A DNA stretch of 64,000 bases from Takakia lepidozioides (lineage: Eukaryota; Plantae; Bryophyta): contig CM060733.1 in the NCBI GenBank assembly GCA_030704615.1, forward strand, positions 73,842,001 to 73,906,000, written 5' to 3'. The first letter of the stretch is position 1, and each line of letters starts with the position of its first letter. This document shows positions 58,900 to 64,000 of the stretch, in pieces. Position numbers and translations under genes: made by a program. The notes under the pieces are model-generated. The model saw only the letters and a program-made list of their open reading frames with translations. It was not told the DNA's origin and did no database searches.

Positions 58900-60260
58900 C
58901 ACTGATGCCGGTGAGACAAGGTGCGGGATGGAGGCTCCAACCCATGAGCAAATGATGGGGGAAGGGGTGAACGCCGCCGACATAAGGTTTGTGTGCATTT
59001 GCAGTGTGTCTGGCAGCCCTGGAAAAGGGCAAAGAGATCCCTGGTGACATGATCAAATCTGCAATTGTACCAGATGTCATCCTGAACACTGCTCTGGTGG
59101 CCATGTATGCCAAATGTGGTAGCATTGAGGATGCCAAGGGAGTGTTCAACACTATGGCTGAATGAGATGTGGTATCGTGGAATGCGATGCTTGCACGGTG
59201 TTCAGAGTAGGGGCGCCGGATGGGGCTTTGGAGACCTGAAAGCAAATGATGGGGGAAGGGGTGAAGCTTGACCACATCATGTTTGTGTGCGTTTGCAGTG
59301 CGTGTGCAAGCCTGACAACCCTAGAAAAGGGCAAAGAGGTGCATGGTTGCATCACCAAAGCTGGAAATGTACCAGATGGATCAATAGCTACAAGAAACCT
59401 GCATGGGTAGATGGTCAACTGGAAGCCGCAGAAGCAGCGGCACAATGATAAGTTTAGGCACTGGTAATGAAGGCACCTTCTTCAACACATTTCACCCTGT
59501 TTTTCCCTCTTATTAGAATCGCCCTAAATTTTCATGTTGAATTTTGCAATTTAGCTGGTTGAGTGAGCCTTTGATAGTTTGGAGCGACTTTGACATGGTA
59601 CTACAAATGTGACAACAGGGAAGTATCCAAAAATAGGTAACAGCTGAGACGAGGAGAAACTGTGGAATGAATACTTTTCTGACCCTAGTCAATGGTGGGA
59701 CAACCGAGGCAAAAAGGTGAATGCCTATCAGATTACCAGATGTCATTCTGAACACTGTCTCTGCCCTGGTGGACATGGAGGCCAAATGTGGGTGCATCGA
59801 GGATGCCAAGAGAGTGTTCAACACTATGGCTGAACAAGATGTGATGTCATGGAGTGCAATGCTCGCAGGGTATGCACAGCAGGGGTGCGGGATGGAGGCT
59901 TTGGAGACCTATGAGCAAATGATGGGGGAAGGGGTGAAACCCGCCGACATAACGTTTGTGTGCGGTTTGCAGTGCATCTGGCAGCCCTGGAAAAGGGCAA
60001 AGAGATCACTGGTGACATCATCAAATCTACAATTGTACCAGATGTCATGCTAAACACTGCTCTGGTGGACATGTATGCCAAATGTGGGAGCATTGAGGAT
60101 GCCAAGGGAGTTTTCAACACTATGGCTGAACGAGATGTGGGGTCGTGGAGTGCGATGCTTGTAGGGTGTGCACAGCAGGGGCATGGGATGGAGGCTTAGA
60201 CCTATGAGCAAATGATGGGGGAAGGGGTGAAGCCCAACCACATCACATTTGTGTGCAAGC
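58900..60260 (+). pseudogene. PLS-class pentatricopeptide repeat (PPR) gene fragments, tandemly duplicated and degenerate
   Basis: Three copies of PDVILNTALVDMYAKCGSIEDAKxVFNTMAExDVxSWxAML...QQGxGMEALETYEQMMGEGVKPxxITFVC, with stops and frameshifts. Confidence 0.88.
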
Positions 60261-60980
60261 TCTAGATTACCTATAATTCCATGTGGATCAATAGCTACTA
60301 TCAACTTGCATGGGTAGATGGTCAATTAGAAATTGCAGCAGCAACGACACAATTGATAAAATCAGGCACTGCTAATGAAGGCACCTTCCTCAACACATTC
60401 CACCCTGTTTTTCCCTCTTATCAGAATCGGCCATGTTGGATTCTTTAGCTGGTTGAGTGAACCTTTGATAGTTTGGAGTGACTGAAATGATACTGCCAAT
60501 GTGACAACAGGAAAGTATCCAGAAACAGGTAAGAGAGATAAGGAGAAGCTGTGGAATGCATACTTTTCTGACCCCAGTCAATGGTGGGACAATCGAGGCA
60601 AGAAGGTGAATGTCTGTTGGATTATAGAGAGTACCAGATGCAATTGAGCATAGGAACTAGTGTGATAAGTAGGGTTGGGGTGTTTGCTGGAACAACTCTA
60701 GGCTGTCATTGTCAGCTGCTAGCAGCAAGCCAAAGATGAATGCATGATTTGTGCAAGGGCATGGATAGCTGAAGGAGCAGAGATAGAGTGTGGGTCCAGA
60801 TTCATCCAAGAGGGCCAGATTTCAAGCATAAGATACCTATGATTCCCTGTGGATCTATAGCTATAAGAAACCTGCATGGGTAGATGGTCTATCACTGACC
60901 AAAAGGCAGGAAAGTAGTTCATGGCTCTTAGCATGCCTGCGGAGATGTAGTGTAAATGTAGTATGTCACCCTTTATCATG

Positions 60981-63900
60981 GAGGTTTATTATTTCATGAG
61001 CAGAAACCATGAGCCATGAGCCATGAGCCGCATGAGCGGTGAGCCGAAGTCTAAGACACGCGGATTTCATGAGCGGACTCCTCCAAATTTGGAAATGCGG
61101 CAGATTAAACAAGTATTAAAATAATAGTTTTTTTAAATTTGACCTTGCCGTTTTTGGAAGTTCCACATCCTGTAATGCGGCAAAGATATGTCGTTAGTAA
61201 CAAGTCCGCTCATGGTTTTTTAGATCCGCTCATGGAAATGATTGACCGTGCAACGAGAAATCCAGTATACCACGGCAAAAGGACGTCGCATACTGGCATG
61301 TATAGAGTATTCCGCGGTTTTACATGCCTTAACATTGGAATGAAGCTGACCCTTCTGCCGCGATTGAACCAATAGAGTCTGCACCAATAGAGTCTGCAGC
61401 ACTTCACAATTCTGTCATTTTCGGGTATTCGGCGGGAAAGATTTGCGACTCAACTGGGAAATGCGGTGCCGCATTAGGGCTCGCACGTGCAAAATTTCTG
61501 GGGAGTTTGGTGTTGGCGACGGTCGGCTCCCTGAAGGCTGGGTGCGACTATCTTGCTATGACGAAGGCCGCATCTACCAGTACCTACGACGTTACTTGGA
61601 AATGTGGCGCCGCATTTCCTTGCCGGGGGTCGAATGAGGAAAGCAAAGTTTGGGAGAGCAGAAAAACATGAACCCTCCAACACACAAAAATACATGCATG
61701 TGGAAACACGAGTGAATGACATAGTATTATCTTAGTTCGAGCAAAACAGGTTACTGGTAGGCAAGACATAAGTTGGACCTTTCTGTGGCCAGAGTCAGAG
61801 CTACTTGCAGCAGTACAGTTCAACTGTCCGAAAAGGATGGGCGTACCATTGTGTTGGGACCGCAAGCCAAGCTCACTGGTCCCCTGGATCCATATTCAGA
61901 AGAGTGTGCACCTCTTGGGGGCTCAACCCTGGTGCATGTATGAAGTGATGAGTTGTGGAATTACACCGAAGTCTCTTTAGGTACACGTAGTACAGATGCT
62001 TGCAAGGGCAGTATGATGCCCCCTTGTTCGCCATGATCTGGAAGTCGGTGCAATTGCAGGTGGGTAATTCTAAAATGGTGATGGTGTACACCTCATTGCG
62101 AACAGCTGAGCCTACCGTGGCCATCTGATACACACGCCCGAAGCCTGGTGGGGGCACTTCTGTCGAGCTCTGGATTGTATAGTTCATCCGAAGTGCATTC
62201 CCCATCCTTGTCTCGATCACTTTTGAGGGAGGTCGCCACCTCTTCGGTTTCCCCCAATGGTGTGTAGGATGCTTAGAGCTGTTGGGTCCCATTGTTCTTG
62301 CTCTCATAGGGGTCGGTGGTGGAGGCTGTGGAAGAGGAAATGGTTGTATGGGGACGTCAGTGCGCTGCACCATCCAAAATCCTGCGGCGGTAAGGGCGTC
62401 GGCCTCAACCTGACTCAGATCGCAGCTTGGTTCCACCGGCCACACCGGGAGAGCCTCTGGCATTGTTTGTATGCCGTACTTGGGCTTTCCATACACGCAA
62501 GTCATAATGTCGTGCCTGCAGAACCAGAACTGGGTGGTTGTCGCCTCCGCAAACTTTGCATGGACAAATCTTCCTGTAAAAGTAGGAGCAGGGACAGCCC
62601 CATCTGGATTCCTCCTTATCATCTCTAAACAATGTTTCCGTGTATCCACTCGAATTGCGGAACACCTACCTCGAAACGACGGCTTTGTGCGAGCAATTCT
62701 CCACTGTGACGCAGACACAGTCGTCTCCACAATGGCTTGGCCATACTACATAACAGCGGGCGGAATCTGGGGCAAGCGAGCGGTGGGAATTTCTCGCACA
62801 TAATCCCCGCTTGAAGGCGATGGCGATCTGGAATTTCAGAGATCTCTGAAGGTCTTCCAGCAGTTCCTCCGTTGTGGCCGTCACTACGTGCACCAGATGT
62901 GCGGCAGAAGACGCTCGCCAGGAGGAGTGGACTGATTCTGCCATATTCGTGTTCGGCATGTCCGTGTCGGAATCCAAGCACCGCTCCTACAATGACACAA
63001 ACAATGGTGAGGGACCAATGGAAAGGTCCGTAATAGAAAGACAATTGCACGAAAATGACAGCATCATACCTCTCGCATGTACTGTCCGAACTGTCGATAC
63101 CGGAAATGCCACCACCCCAACCAGCTGTGCAAGGCTCCCAGATTGGTTGTCTCCACTGCACCTGACGTGTTCCACCAAGCCTCGATGATAGCAAACTTAA
63201 CCTCCGAGTCATCAAATGTGGGTGCATCCTTCCACGCCGTACAAAGGACACGGTGTTCAGCCTGGAATGAGCTAGCAACAAATTTGGTAGTGTAGTGAGA
63301 TAGACTCTGCATCCAATGGAATCCATAGGATCTCTCTTTCCCCTCCATTGGAACATTGGGGTCCTCACCGTACACACGCCGCACCGCTGCCCAGTTGGCC
63401 TGAGCGTTGTCTGCCATGAATCCCCTGAAATTGGGCTCTGGCAATCCCGCCCTTGCCATCTGCTCGTTTATGCCCTCCCACAAATGCATCGCCGACTGTG
63501 TGTTCTCCCCTTCATCTCGCAGATTGCAATCATCATGAGCCTCTTGGAGTGATAGTCATAAACATGCGCACCCATAGTCACACACTAATGGTTTGTAATT
63601 CGCTTGATGTGATCAAACATCACCCAAGCATTCGACAAGTTTCCAGTTGTCATGCAAGTGACCAAGTCGACTCCACTCCCAGGCCCACACGTCGACATTT
63701 TAAAAATGTAACAACGATCGGATTCGCTGCCTTGCCCTGGAAACCTGCTACCTTGGATGTAGTCATATCCAGTCATTCGTTTCACCTCCAGGATTGAGTG
63801 CATGTCCGACCCCTGGCCGAACTCCTGCTTGCAAGATACGATGTGATTCCGCACATTCGGACTACAAACGTGCGAGACGGACTCCAACAGGTCAAGCATC

Positions 63901-64000
63901 TCCTCTTCGTTCAAGGGCACTCGGTCTGAACCATCTTCAGACATGATTTTGCCAAGAGCAATCTTGTGGGCTACCTTCAGCTGAATCTTTGGTCTGGCTC
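60981..64000 (-). mobile_element. Large MULE-like element, copy 3 (left end; runs off the window)
   Basis: Starts GAGGTTTATTATTTCATGAGC with CATGAGC repeats; colinear with copies 1 and 2. Confidence 0.93.
61873..64000 (-). pseudogene. MULE-like transposase (3' part) with an internal deletion of about 340 bp
   Basis: Same DDE and SWIM motifs as 34020-36470; the segment equivalent to about 34983-35324 is missing at about 62838-62864. Confidence 0.86.

Overview
Eukaryotic, almost certainly land-plant DNA: GT-AG introns, PLS-type PPR fragments and TE content suggest a bryophyte, lycophyte or fern (inference). The window is a pile of nested transposable elements with no clearly intact host gene. 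In order: a truncated chromovirus (LTR, PBS, gag); a degenerate hAT (DUF659) transposase between two arrays of GCGACCGCC-n-GGCGGTCGC palindromes, followed by a RING-finger gene; a non-chromovirus Ty3/gypsy remnant with an internal inversion; a MITE-like element; a LINE tail; a probable CACTA accessory gene; a very young full-length chromovirus with a 5-bp TSD; and PPR pseudogene fragments. Three copies of a large Mutator-like (MULE) DNA transposon begin at 15074, 26207 and 60981. The most complete version (26207-54332, about 15.3 kb after removing the nested retrotransposon and a duplication across a 500-N gap) is the main discovery candidate. It carries (i) a GCM-like/DDE/SWIM transposase, (ii) a divergently oriented multi-exon gene fusing a ParB/Srx-like domain (WDGNHR) to a beta-class N4/N6 DNA methyltransferase fold, (iii) arrays of a 22-bp palindrome GGAAATGCGG-NN-CCGCATTTCC at about 53-bp spacing, with single copies in three introns of the ParB-MTase gene, and (iv) a head-to-head pair of paralogous unknown genes. 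All domain calls come from motif recognition by eye; no database search was run.
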